Shown here: in pieces, positions 8,860 through 19,218 of the stretch
Layout of the letters: each line of letters begins with the position of its first letter
How positions within the stretch are numbered: the first letter of the stretch is position 1
Origin: Candidatus Krumholzibacteriia bacterium
GTDB lineage: Bacteria; Krumholzibacteriota; Krumholzibacteriia; Krumholzibacteriales; Krumholzibacteriaceae
DNA length: 64,000 bases
Direction: 5' to 3'
NCBI GenBank assembly: GCA_963836185.1
Contig: CAWIIQ010000001.1
Coordinates: forward strand, 1,600,001-1,664,000
Notes under the pieces: generated by a model
The model's input: the letters and a program-made list of their open reading frames with translations, nothing else
The model's database searches: none
Told to the model about the DNA's origin: nothing
Translations under genes and position numbers: made by a program

Positions 8860-8946
8860 TGGTGCCGGAGCCGGGAATCGAACCCGGATGGAGTTGCCCC
8901 CGGGGGATTTTGAGTCCCCTGCGTCTACCAGTTTCACCACTCCGGC
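8860..8946 (-). tRNA. tRNA-Leu(CAA)
   Basis: GCCGGAG acceptor stem, GGGGA-CTCAAAA-TCCCC anticodon arm, long variable arm, GTTCGATT, encoded CCA. Confidence 0.97.
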
Positions 8947-8954
8947 ACAGCGGA

Positions 8955-8983
8955 AAGGTATTTTCATTATACAGCAGTGTCAA
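8955..8983 (-). promoter_or_regulatory. Promoter of tRNA-Leu
   Basis: Minus strand TTGACA-17bp-TACCTT, 8 nt upstream of the tRNA. Confidence 0.6.
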
Positions 8984-9073
8984 GTGATTTGGGGGGGATA
9001 TGGAGGAGCAGCTGGCGATCTCCGGGCATTTTTACTTGACGCAGGCCGCTTTTTTGATAATATATCGCGGGTT

Positions 9074-9146
9074 GGGGTTGTAGCTCAGCTGGGAGAGCAC
9101 TTGTCTGGCAGACAAGAGGTCACGGGTTCGATCCCCGTCAACTCCA
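9074..9146 (+). tRNA. tRNA-Ala(GGC)
   Basis: GGGGTTG/CAACTCC stem with G3:U70; CTTGT-CTGGCAG-ACAAG anticodon arm; CCA not encoded. Confidence 0.96.
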
Positions 9147-9197
9147 CTTTTTTTATATCCGGACCTACCCAGGGGCCCGGGCGCCAAGACCGAAAGG

Positions 9198-10592
9198 ATG
9201 CTGAACGCCATGGAAGGCAGCGAGGACCTCAAGGCTCTATGCATCTTCGAGGACGACAGATTCCCCAACTTCTTTCCACTTACACTCAATAAACCTGTTT
9301 TTGATCTGCTCATAGGTACGCAGACATTGATCGAGCGTATCAGGGGAGACGTGAAACACGAGGCTGTCGGTATCATATGCAGGCCGTATCTTGCCGATAC
9401 GATCAGGGAGAGATGGAAGGGAGCAGAGGGTGAGCCCGCTGCCGTGGTCAATGAGCCGACGGGCGCTGGAACATTCTTCGTCAATGGAAGGCTCCTCGCG
9501 TACGCGGATGACTTGGCGCAGCTTGCCGACGGGCTTGATATGAACGAGGTCCTCAGCAAGAACGGCATGCCGGTTGCGGCAAAGCTCGATGCGGAGAAGA
9601 CCGTTTCCTTCGGAGAGTACCTCCTTTCGGCACTCTCGGACGAGAAGGTAGAGAAGGTACTTAACGGCATCAAGAATGCCTCCGGCGAAAACGGCCTCGA
9701 AGAGGTCGGGTCCGGATACGATGAGGACCTGGCGGCCTGGGCCGAAAAGAACGGTGTCAAGGTAAAGGATACGAATGTCAAACTGCTCTCCTTCTACTGG
9801 CAGATCATCGTGGAGAACGGTCCCTGTATTGAGGACGATTTCTCGAAGAACCCTCTCAGGGGGGCCGCACCGGAATCTGCTCTCTACCGCGGGGTCGATC
9901 TGATAAATGAGGAAGATATACTGATAGGCGAGAGTGTCGAGGTAAGGTCCGGTACCGTCCTGGACGCCTCCTCGGGGCCTATCATAATCGCTGACGGAGC
10001 TGTGATAGAACCGAACGCGATAATATACGGGCCGTGCTATATAGGAAAGCTCACTATCATCAGGGGCGGGGCAAAGGTAGGAAAAGGCACTTCGATAGGC
10101 GAGCAATGCAGGATAGGCGGTGAGGTGGGAGAATCGGTCATTGCCGGCTACACGAACAAACAGCACGAGGGATTCCTCGGCCACTCGTATATAGGATCAT
10201 GGGTCAACATCGGAGCGGGCACAGCAAACAGCGATCTGAAGAATAACTACGGCAAGATAAAGGCATGGTGCGCAGGCGCGGTAAGGAATACCGGGCGGCG
10301 CTTTTTCGGGCTTGTCTGCGGGGATCATTCCAAGATCGCGATCAACACGAGGATCAACACCGGTTCGGTCATCGGGTTCAACGCGAACGTATTCTATACC
10401 GGCTACCCGCCTAAGTTCGTTCCGAGTTTCACCTGGAAGATGGAACCGGAGTTCGAGGTCCACGGACTTGACAAGGCGCTCGAGACCGCCGGCATAATGA
10501 TGGACAGGAGGGACGTCGAGCTTACCGAGGCGGGCTCAGAGCTCTTCCGTGTCCTCTTCAGGTTCACAAAGCTCGCGGGACATAACCTCTAG
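9198..10592 (+). CDS. GlmU-related putative sugar nucleotidyltransferase/hexapeptide acetyltransferase
   Basis: 'NFFPLTLNKPVFDLLIG' N-terminus; left-handed beta-helix 'NKQHEGFLGHSYIGSWVNIGAGT'. Confidence 0.8.
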   Translation: MLNAMEGSEDLKALCIFEDDRFPNFFPLTLNKPVFDLLIGTQTLIERIRGDVKHEAVGIICRPYLADTIRERWKGAEGEPAAVVNEPTGAGTFFVNGRLLAYADDLAQLADGLDMNEVLSKNGMPVAAKLDAEKTVSFGEYLLSALSDEKVEKVLNGIKNASGENGLEEVGSGYDEDLAAWAEKNGVKVKDTNVKLLSFYWQIIVENGPCIEDDFSKNPLRGAAPESALYRGVDLINEEDILIGESVEVRSGTVLDASSGPIIIADGAVIEPNAIIYGPCYIGKLTIIRGGAKVGKGTSIGEQCRIGGEVGESVIAGYTNKQHEGFLGHSYIGSWVNIGAGTANSDLKNNYGKIKAWCAGAVRNTGRRFFGLVCGDHSKIAINTRINTGSVIGFNANVFYTGYPPKFVPSFTWKMEPEFEVHGLDKALETAGIMMDRRDVELTEAGSELFRVLFRFTKLAGHNL

Positions 10593-10623
10593 ACGCCGCG
10601 ACCGCGGCAGGACGGCATTATAG

Positions 10624-11433
10624 ATGAAATTCGACGAGACGATCATAATCGGAGAGAAACTGAACAGCACGAACACGAAGATCCGAAAGATCTTCGAGAA
10701 CCGCGATCTCGAGCTTCTTCTGTCGACTGCCGGGGAACAGATCGAAGCGGGAGCCTCTTGGATCGATATTAACGCGGCGATGCTGATGGACAGGGAACTG
10801 GAGACTATTCTCTGGGCCGGAAAGGCGATACTCGAAAAGTTCGACAGGGGGATCTCGGCCGACAGCCCCGACACTGCCGTCCTCGAGAAATGCGCCGCCG
10901 AATTCGGACAGCGGTGCATCGTCAACTCTCTTAACGCCGATGAGGAGCTCCTCAAGAAGATGCTGCCGGTCCTCGCACAGGCGGGAGCGGGAGTCATCAT
11001 AATGCTCAAGACTGAGGACGGGATACCTCCGCGGGCCGATGAACGTCTCGGGCTTGCCAGGGAAGCGGTCATCATCGCTACCGAGAGCGGGATGGAGCCG
11101 GGCAGGATATATTTCGACCCCGTATTTCAACCGGTGGCGACAGGGAGCGAGGGGCTTGCGACCGCGCTTGCCACACTTCGCGCACTCACATCCGAGCTGC
11201 CCGGGTATCACAGGATAGGAGGCCTTTCGAACGTCTCATACGGCCTGCCGAAGAGGAAAGTAGTCAACAGCGCGTTTCTCTCGATGGCTGTATCTCACGG
11301 GCTGGACTCCGTAATATGCGACCCTACCGACGGTAAGCTCGTCGATCTGCTGAAGGCTTCAGAGGCCCTTGCCGGGATCGATCCCGGCTGCCTGAGGTTC
11401 CTCAAACATTACCGGGCGGGCAGGAAAGACTGA
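10624..11433 (+). CDS. Pterin-binding methyltetrahydrofolate:corrinoid methyltransferase (AcsE/MetH-domain-like)
   Basis: 'IIGEKLN', 'IDIN', 'IYFDP', 'GLSNVSYGLP'. Confidence 0.85.
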   Translation: MKFDETIIIGEKLNSTNTKIRKIFENRDLELLLSTAGEQIEAGASWIDINAAMLMDRELETILWAGKAILEKFDRGISADSPDTAVLEKCAAEFGQRCIVNSLNADEELLKKMLPVLAQAGAGVIIMLKTEDGIPPRADERLGLAREAVIIATESGMEPGRIYFDPVFQPVATGSEGLATALATLRALTSELPGYHRIGGLSNVSYGLPKRKVVNSAFLSMAVSHGLDSVICDPTDGKLVDLLKASEALAGIDPGCLRFLKHYRAGRKD

Positions 11434-11955
11434 ACGACCCCGTCGTCCTTCATATCGCCTTGTCATTCCCTCATTTTGCTCTGCCGAACCGCAATAACGG
11501 ATAAGCGGGGGTTTATGGCCGCTATCAGAGTGTCTCTCTATCATGGTGTCATTACAGCAGATAAGACATACCACGCGACATCAGTCTGCGTGGCATGACT
11601 CTTGATTATGCAGGTAACTGCACGCGGAAAGTTCCCTGCGTTCTCGTGGTTTGTCCCTGACGTGTTTCTCATCCTCACGTGTTGAAGAAATCGTCGGACA
11701 GGGGTACACGTTCGATGCGGGGAACTTTATTTATTGTAGCACAGACGCCGCATCCGATTCAACCTTCATCCCGATCTCATCTGATATCTCCCCGCGAAGT
11801 GGAAAAAAAATGTCTCGTTCGGACAATTTTCTTTTTGACAACGATTTGCCCGTGTGATATCTATGAGGCGAAGCAAGTTTATCAAGTGGGAAGAGATAAA
11901 AAAGCCGGAGGGAGGCTTTTTTAAGGTCCACTTTTAGCGAACGGGGTGAACGGCT

Positions 11956-12231
11956 ATGACGAAGGCAGATCTCGTCGAGGAAATCGCCAGGGATACGGGC
12001 CTGAGCAAGAAAGACACGAGCGTAATCGTCAATCTGATCATCGACAACATCTGTAAGGCTTTGGCCGAAGGTGACAAGGTGGAATTACGCGGGTTCGGCA
12101 GCTTCAAGGTGAAGAGCCGCAATCCCAGGAAGGCGAGGAATCCCAGGACGGGAGATTCGGTCGATGTGCCAGCTAAGCTGGTGCCCTATTTCAAGGCGTC
12201 AAACGAGCTGAAGACAAAGGTTAACGTCTGA
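11956..12231 (+). CDS. hup: HU/IHF family nucleoid-associated protein
   Basis: MTKADL...VELRGFGSF...ARNPRTG...VPYFKAS. Confidence 0.92.
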   Translation: MTKADLVEEIARDTGLSKKDTSVIVNLIIDNICKALAEGDKVELRGFGSFKVKSRNPRKARNPRTGDSVDVPAKLVPYFKASNELKTKVNV

Positions 12232-12351
12232 TCAGACCGTACAGTCCTGAGAAATCGCCAGAATCCGTTTGCAAACAGCGGACGGATTCTTTATATATTG
12301 CTTTCTCGATAATGTAGGACACCGTAGCGGCGTTGAAGAACAGGAATTAAT

Positions 12352-12447
12352 ATGCCGAGTGGAAAGAAGCGGAAAAGAAAAAAGATAGCGACCCACAAGA
12401 GGAAAAAACGGTTGCGCAAGGACCGTCACAAGAAGAAGAAACGCTAG
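12352..12447 (+). CDS. Small basic AURKAIP1/COX24 (bS22/mS38-like) ribosomal peptide, 31 aa
   Basis: MPSGKKRKRKKIATHKRKKRLRKDRHKKKKR; AGGA RBS; below the ORF-track cutoff. Confidence 0.85.
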   Translation: MPSGKKRKRKKIATHKRKKRLRKDRHKKKKR

Positions 12448-12549
12448 AAAGTCTCCGCACCGGCCGGCATCCGTGATGATTCCGGCCAATGGACAGGCAT
12501 CGCACTCATGTCAGTGTCCCCGGTTCTGCCGGGAAGAACAGGAGTTGCA

Positions 12550-12915
12550 ATGACTTCTCTCTCTGACAGACGTAAATCGCCGAGAGTCGCGGCTGAACTG
12601 CCTATCGCTGTCGAGGGCGGTCCATCCGAGTCTGTCGGCAAGACTCTCAATATCAGTGAGAATGGCGTTTATTTCGAGGTCCCTCACATAATCGAGCCTC
12701 TGACAAAGGTTCGCATGGAACTCTTCATCCCTACAAACGATGATCCTGACGACAAGGGTATCCGTGTGGGATTCGATGGTGTGGTAGTCAGGGTGGAGCC
12801 TGAAGAAGCAGCCGGGCACGTCGGTCCCTTCAGGGTCGCAGTCTTCTTTACGCACGTTCCTGATGAATCGCTGAAAGTACTGCTAGCGTTCATCGAGCGG
12901 AATGCGTCAGTATGA
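12550..12915 (+). CDS. PilZ-domain c-di-GMP receptor
   Basis: RxxxR (RRKSPR) and NISxxG motifs; AGGAG RBS. Confidence 0.85.
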   Translation: MTSLSDRRKSPRVAAELPIAVEGGPSESVGKTLNISENGVYFEVPHIIEPLTKVRMELFIPTNDDPDDKGIRVGFDGVVVRVEPEEAAGHVGPFRVAVFFTHVPDESLKVLLAFIERNASV

Positions 12916-13057
12916 CAGCAGGGACATTCTCGTTCTGATATCCCAAACAATATCATCATATTGAGATTATTTCTGTCATGACAGCATAGCGGTAATGCTT
13001 GCGCTGGAACCGGGCTTATGCTAATAATACCGGCGAAAACTTCTCAGGAGGTGCCCA

Positions 13058-15113
13058 TTGGCGGGAAAAGGTTCTGTACTCATCATAGATGATGAACAGT
13101 CCGTTCTCGAGATCCTTGAGCAGTATCTCATAGAAAGGGGATACGAGGTCGGAGTCGCCGGCGACGGAGCCTGTGCCGAGGCCCTTCTGGGGGATCGCTC
13201 ATTCGATGTCGCTCTTGTAGACCTCAAACTCCCCGACTGCAGCGGTCTCGACCTGATATCACGATACCAGAACGATCATCCCTGCATGAAGTGTGTCATC
13301 ATGACAGGCTTCGCCTCGGTCGATTCAACTATCGACGCGATCAGGCTCAACGTCTTCGACTACATCCAGAAACCGTTCGATCTTGTCAAGATCGGGGAGG
13401 TCGTGGACGCTGCGTACGCCAATATCTCCATAGACAGCCAGGATAATGTCCGAAAAGAGCTTGAAGAGAGCAGAAACGACCTGAAGAAACGCGTCGTCAA
13501 GGCGAACGAGGACCTGGGACAGGCAAAGGATTCGCTTAACAGGCACGTTACCCGCCTCAAGATGCTCTTCCAGATGGGAAGGGACATCAGCTCCAACGAG
13601 AACTGGAACGACGCTCTGGACCGCTTCCTGATGGCCCTGTGCAAGTACATGGAGGCTGACGGGTCGGCTCTTCTGCTGTTCAGCTTCGGTGGAAAGGTCC
13701 TGCAGGTCAGGACCTCTTATAACATGGAGATGAAATATCTCCAGACCGCCGTGAACCTGCTTGTCGAGGCCCAGAAGAACGACAGGCTGCAGCCGGAGAT
13801 ATTCAGTCTCGACAGCTTCAAGGACGGCATACCGGTAACATGCCTGGCAGCCAGGAAAAACTGGAGCAACTCCGCTATACCGCTGCTCTTCAAAGGGCAG
13901 ATGGCTGGGATTTCTCGTACTGAGAAAGAAATACTCGTCGAGGCGTGAATATATCGGTGACTACCACTTCCTCACTACTATCCAGACGATCCTCACGGAG
14001 GAAGTCGCCAACGCGGTCAATATAAGCAGGTTAAGGACGCTGAAGGATTTCAACGAGACGATCCTCGAGAATATCAATAACGGAGTGCTCAAGACAGACA
14101 GGTCCGGCGAGATAGTATTTGTCAACAGCCGGGCGAGGGAGATACTCGGAGATTCGGCCGACAGAAAGCTTAGATTCGATGAGATCTTCCGGAATCCATA
14201 CGGAAGCGACAGTCTTTTCGAGCATCTTCTCTTCGCGACGGACAGGAACCATTCCCTCGAAGGTGTCCTGTCAATACCTTCCGGCGATACTATCCCCGTC
14301 AGGCTCAATTCGACCCTGGTCGAGAGCGATGAGTACAACGGCAAGTCTCTCGTCGTCGTATTCGAGGACCTCACATCCCAGAAGGCTATGGAGGAGGAAC
14401 TCAGAAGGGCCGACAGGCTGCGTTCGCTCGGGGAGCTCTCGGCGGGGGTCGCCCATGAGATCCGCAATCCGTTGACTGGAATAGCTACCACTGCCCAGGT
14501 ACTCAGGGAAAAACTCAACGGGGATACCGACAAGATCAGGTATATAAACGTGATCCTCGAAGAGATCAGGAGGCTGGACGGGATAATCACGAGCCTTCTC
14601 CAGTTCGCCAGGCCGCTTACGCCGAGACCGGCCGAGCTCTCCATAAGCGGAGTGATCGATGAAGCGGTAATGCTCGTATCGGACCAGGCCAGAGAGGCCG
14701 GCGTAGATATCATGGTCGAGAAATCACTGGAAGACGACGGCTGTTTCCTCGACAGGGACCAGATAAAACAGGTAGTTCTCAATCTCGTCATGAACGCGAT
14801 AGAAGCCTGCGACGAGGGAGGCGGAGTCAACGTCCGGCTGGGTATGGCGGAGGACCCGTCGAGCATAGTCATGCTGTTCGAGGACGATGGATGCGGCATC
14901 TCCGGAGACGCATCCGACAAGATCTACAACCCGTTCTTTACGACCAGATCAGAGGGTACGGGGCTCGGGTTGTCGATAACGCGCAAGATAGTCGAGAATC
15001 ACGGCGGGAGTATATCCCACGAGGGCAGGATTAGCAGAGGTACCACATTCCGTGTCAGGCTGCCGAGGAAGATGGCGTCCGCGATTGCGGGAGAGGTAGG
15101 GGTTACAACCTGA
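13058..15113 (+). CDS. Hybrid receiver-GAF-PAS-histidine kinase, frameshift near 13893
   Basis: Receiver N-terminus; removing one base gives LFKGRWLGFLVL... continuous with the 14085 frame; AHEIRNPL H-box, N/G/F boxes. Confidence 0.85.
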
Positions 15114-15123
15114 AAGGGCGGAT

Positions 15124-16497
15124 ATGCCGGGAAGAGTTCTTGTAGTAGACGATGAGAAGGCGATCAGGTGGTCGCTGGGAGAGGCGCTTCGAAACGACGG
15201 GTATGACGTTGCGGATGCCGAGGACGGGAAGACGGGGATCAAGACGTTCAAGGACGATCCTGCCGACATCGTCATCCTCGACCTGAAGCTTCCGGACAAG
15301 AGCGGAATAGATATCCTCAAGACATTGAAAAAAGAGGATCCCGAACTGCCCGTGATCATGATGACAGCGTACGGCGAGGTCGAGACTGCCGTCGACGCTC
15401 TCAAGGGCGGCGCCTACGATTTTATGCTCAAACCGTTTCAACTCGAAAAGATGAAGCTCGCCATCAGGCACGCGCTTGAAAACAGGCAGCTCAAGACCGA
15501 GCTAGACGGTATGAAGAAAAAGGTCAGCGAGAATTACAATATCAAGAGCTTCATCGGCAAGAGCGAGGTGATGCAGGAGGTCTTCGAGACGATCAGGAAG
15601 ATCGGCGAGAGCAGGGCCAGCACGATCCTCATACAGGGAGAAAGCGGGACGGGAAAAGAGCTTGTCGCAAGGGCGATCCACGACGCGAGCGAAGGCGGAA
15701 GGACGAGGCCGTTCCTGGAGATAAACTGCGCCGCTCTGCCCGAGTCACTTCTCGAGAGCGAGCTTTTCGGTCACGAGAAGGGAGCATTCACCGACGCCAA
15801 GATGAGAAAGAAGGGGCTTTTCGAGCTCGCCGAGGGGGGGACGATCTTCCTCGATGAGATCGGCGAGATGGGAATCACACTTCAGAGCAGGCTGTTGCGA
15901 GTTCTGGAAAACAAGACATTCCGGCGAGTCGGCGGGGTAAAGGACCTGAGGGTCAATACGAGGATAATCTCTGCGACAAACCGTGACCTGAAGGTCTCCA
16001 TAAAGGAGGGCATATTCAGAAACGACCTTTATTACAGGCTTAAGGTCATTCCGATAAACCTTCCCGCGCTGCGTGAAAGAAAGGAAGACATCCCTCTTCT
16101 GACGAACCACTTCATTTCGATGTTCAACAAGGAATTCAAGAAGAACATCAAAAAAGCGGGCAAGGAAGTGATGGCTATCCTCCAGGGATACTCCTGGCCC
16201 GGCAATGTGCGAGAACTCAAGAACGTTATCGAGCGGGCGATACTGCTCGACGCCGAAGAGGAACTTTTACCCGAATACATCCCCGCCGAGATAACTGGGG
16301 AGTGCCTGGACAGCGGTGATGGAACAGGCGCTGACGATTTTGCCTCCCTGGGTCCGATCAGCATCCGGGATATGGAGAAGAAGCTGATAATCAAGACCCT
16401 CGATGAGACCGGCGGGAACAAATCCCAGGCGGCGAGGATACTCGGCATCAGCCGTCAGACTCTCAGGGAGAAGACTAAGCTGTACGAGGTGGAGTGA
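15124..16497 (+). CDS. NtrC-family sigma54 response regulator
   Basis: Receiver, [22 protein letters not shown], Fis-type HTH. Confidence 0.95.
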   Translation: MPGRVLVVDDEKAIRWSLGEALRNDGYDVADAEDGKTGIKTFKDDPADIVILDLKLPDKSGIDILKTLKKEDPELPVIMMTAYGEVETAVDALKGGAYDFMLKPFQLEKMKLAIRHALENRQLKTELDGMKKKVSENYNIKSFIGKSEVMQEVFETIRKIGESRASTILIQGESGTGKELVARAIHDASEGGRTRPFLEINCAALPESLLESELFGHEKGAFTDAKMRKKGLFELAEGGTIFLDEIGEMGITLQSRLLRVLENKTFRRVGGVKDLRVNTRIISATNRDLKVSIKEGIFRNDLYYRLKVIPINLPALRERKEDIPLLTNHFISMFNKEFKKNIKKAGKEVMAILQGYSWPGNVRELKNVIERAILLDAEEELLPEYIPAEITGECLDSGDGTGADDFASLGPISIRDMEKKLIIKTLDETGGNKSQAARILGISRQTLREKTKLYEVE

Positions 16498-17990
16498 TCG
16501 TCATGAATCCCGAGATATGGGCGATAGTCGAAACGGACCAGGTAGGAGAGATCCTCGAGGAACTCGCTTCCGAGGAAAGTCTGCATCTTCGAAGGCTCGT
16601 ATCTGTTTCCGAGGCGCTTGGACTCGATGAGCCGCCTGGAGGAATAATCCTCGTTATTGACTCCACTTCCGGCCAATCCAGTCACCGTACACTGATAAAG
16701 CGTTTTACCAGGACGTTCATAAAGTTTGACGCCATTGTGTTCGGCCCTTCCGAAGAGAAAGGGTCCGAAGGTACCGACAGGCAGGCAGGCGTTGACCTCT
16801 ACGTTCCCGAACCTGTCGACCGCGAGGATTTCTTTGTAAGGGCGATCAACCTGATATCTCTGCGCAGGCTGAAAAGCGCGGCCGGTATAGTGGGACGGTC
16901 CGAGCCTCTTAACGAGATGCTCGAGATGGCGATGCAGGTAGCGCCTACAGAAGTCTCCGTGCTGATAGAGGGAGAAAGCGGGTCCGGCAAGGAACTGACG
17001 GCAAAGGTCCTTCATATGATGAGCAAGCGCAGCTCGAAGCCCTTCGAGGCTGTGAACGTCGGCGCCCTGGCTGAAGGGGTCCTCGAGAGTGAACTCTTCG
17101 GGCACGAGAAGGGAGCCTTTACAGGAGCCGTTGCCCGGAGGCGGGGACTCTTCGAACGTGCCGATACGGGGACTCTTCTTCTCGATGAGGTCGGCGAGAT
17201 GTCGCTCGGGATGCAGGTCAAGCTCCTGAGAGTACTCGAAACAGGTGAATTCATCAGGGTGGGCGGAGTCGAGAGGCTACACGCCGACGTCAGGCTGCTC
17301 GCGGCGACGAACAGGGAACTGGAGAGCGCCGTAGAACAGGGAATCTTCAGGAAGGACCTGTACTACAGGCTCAAGGTCGTCCAGATAAGGATACCGCCCC
17401 TGAGGGCGAGGCAGGAAGATATCCCCTTTCTCGTCCGGCATTTCCTGCGCACGTCCGCAAAACGGCATGGAAAGACGATCAAGGGGATAGACAGTAAAGG
17501 CATGGAGCTGCTCGTCCGATATCCATGGCCGGGCAATGTGCGTGAACTCTCCAACATGATCGACAATCTCGTCGTGTTGAGCAGGGCTTCCCAGATAGAG
17601 ACCGAGGAGATAGAAAAACGGATCCAGGACAGGGCTGCCGGAGAAAGCCAGGCTTTCCCGGGCCTGCCGGTACATGTCAACAAGACACGCGATGAGGTGG
17701 AGAGGGAGCTGATAATAAACTCCCTTCTTTCCCTGCATAACGATGTCAGGGAGATCCTGCATATGCTCAGGGACAAACAGGAGCAGGGCTCGGCCCCTGG
17801 AAGATGGGGGTCCTGGGTCGAGGTCGAGGAAGCCGGTGACGAACTGCATCCCGACCTGAACAGCATCGAAAAGGAAGCTATAAGGGAGGCCCTGTCCAGA
17901 AACGGCGGGAACAGGAGAAGAACCGCCAGGCAGCTCGGAATGTCTGAAAGGACGCTCTACAGGAGGCTCAAGGAGTTCGGGCTGGGTTGA
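16494..17990 (+). CDS. Sigma54-dependent activator with degenerate receiver-like N-terminus
   Basis: [23 protein letters not shown]-terminal HTH. Confidence 0.92.
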   Translation: MIVMNPEIWAIVETDQVGEILEELASEESLHLRRLVSVSEALGLDEPPGGIILVIDSTSGQSSHRTLIKRFTRTFIKFDAIVFGPSEEKGSEGTDRQAGVDLYVPEPVDREDFFVRAINLISLRRLKSAAGIVGRSEPLNEMLEMAMQVAPTEVSVLIEGESGSGKELTAKVLHMMSKRSSKPFEAVNVGALAEGVLESELFGHEKGAFTGAVARRRGLFERADTGTLLLDEVGEMSLGMQVKLLRVLETGEFIRVGGVERLHADVRLLAATNRELESAVEQGIFRKDLYYRLKVVQIRIPPLRARQEDIPFLVRHFLRTSAKRHGKTIKGIDSKGMELLVRYPWPGNVRELSNMIDNLVVLSRASQIETEEIEKRIQDRAAGESQAFPGLPVHVNKTRDEVERELIINSLLSLHNDVREILHMLRDKQEQGSAPGRWGSWVEVEEAGDELHPDLNSIEKEAIREALSRNGGNRRRTARQLGMSERTLYRRLKEFGLG

Positions 17991-18130
17991 CAGGGAATGC
18001 CGGAGGAGTTGTTTTAATATTTGTTTCGGATTATGATGTTTGTTATAATTAATACGTTACAAGTGCCGGCCGTTCGCTGCTATAGATTTGGAGTTCTGAA
18101 TATATACCCCCTGGGAAATCGGAGAGTTGC

Positions 18131-19180
18131 ATGCGGATCCGTCATTTCGTGTTGTGCCTGATGCTGATACCGGGCCTCACTGTCGACGCGGCTGCTGAAA
18201 AATATGCCGGTGAGTTCATGGCCCTGGGCGGCGGCGCGAGGGCGATGGCTATGGGAGGCGCTTTCATCGCGGTCGCTAACGACGCTACCACGACATACTG
18301 GAACCCTGCAGGAATAGCCGATTTCTCCTCTTTTCTGACGACCCCGGGAAGCATGGAGATATCTCTGATGCATTCCGAGCGATTCGGAGAACTGATCGAC
18401 TACAACTACTTCTCCACCGTATTTCCCCTGAAAAACGGGAAGTCGGGCTGGGGAGTATCTCTAATACATATGGGCATCGATAATATCCGGATCGTTCCAC
18501 TGAACGAAGGGATGATAGACAACTCTGACGGCGATGACAGGTTCGAGCCCTGGAACGGTGAGAGCCTCAATTTCGACTACAGGAACTACCCCGAGGAAAG
18601 CGTCAACGACCTGGCGGTCTTCCTGTCCTACGGGCAGATGATGAGCTGGGGCGATGTCGGAGCTACTCTGAAGTTCATCAGGAACGACCAGGTGACGGGA
18701 GTCTCGAGTTTTGGCCTCGGCCTCGACCTCGGCTACGTCAGACGTGGCATCTGGCGCGACCTCGCTGTCGGTCTCAAGCTCCAGGATATCACAGGCACAT
18801 TTATAAGCTGGAGCACGGGGAAGCGCGAGTTCATCTATCCGGCGATCAAGGCCGGCCTGTCTTGGCCTGTGAGCATTAACAGCATGAACAGTGTTCTTGT
18901 CCTTGCAGCGGATGGTGATTTCAGATTTGAGAACAGAAAGTGGGTCTCCCAGTACTGGATCGGCAGCGCCAGCGCTGACTTCCATTTCGGCGCAGAACTG
19001 CTCATCCGTGACCTCGTAGCCCTGAGGGGCGGCAACGACATGGGCCGCTGGACAGCGGGCGCGGGATTCCTCCTTCAGGACTTCACCTCGTGGAAATTCA
19101 ATCTCGGCATAGATTACGCTTTTCTCATGCATGATGTTCTCGATACGACCCATCGTGTCTCACTACTCGTCTCATTCTGA
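18131..19180 (+). CDS. PorV/UPF0164-family outer-membrane beta-barrel
   Basis: 'GARAMAMGGAFIAVANDATTTYWNPAG', C-terminal 'THRVSLLVSF'. Confidence 0.85.
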   Translation: MRIRHFVLCLMLIPGLTVDAAAEKYAGEFMALGGGARAMAMGGAFIAVANDATTTYWNPAGIADFSSFLTTPGSMEISLMHSERFGELIDYNYFSTVFPLKNGKSGWGVSLIHMGIDNIRIVPLNEGMIDNSDGDDRFEPWNGESLNFDYRNYPEESVNDLAVFLSYGQMMSWGDVGATLKFIRNDQVTGVSSFGLGLDLGYVRRGIWRDLAVGLKLQDITGTFISWSTGKREFIYPAIKAGLSWPVSINSMNSVLVLAADGDFRFENRKWVSQYWIGSASADFHFGAELLIRDLVALRGGNDMGRWTAGAGFLLQDFTSWKFNLGIDYAFLMHDVLDTTHRVSLLVSF

Positions 19181-19218
19181 CAGGGCCGTTTACGGGAGCC
19201 CGGGGGTGTTGCAGCCGG

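Larger units (their letters stand above)
6701..8914. mobile_element. Integrase-less tRNA-Leu-integrated cassette B (2214 bp; GDSL + MBL hydrolase cargo)
   Basis: Bounded by att copy 2 and the intact tRNA; AT-rich cargo; no recombinase ORF. Confidence 0.75.

Noticed and set aside
8849-9292. ORFs overlapping the tRNA genes and fragments (also 3864-4070, 6519-6737)
   Set aside because: Spurious translations of tRNA sequence.
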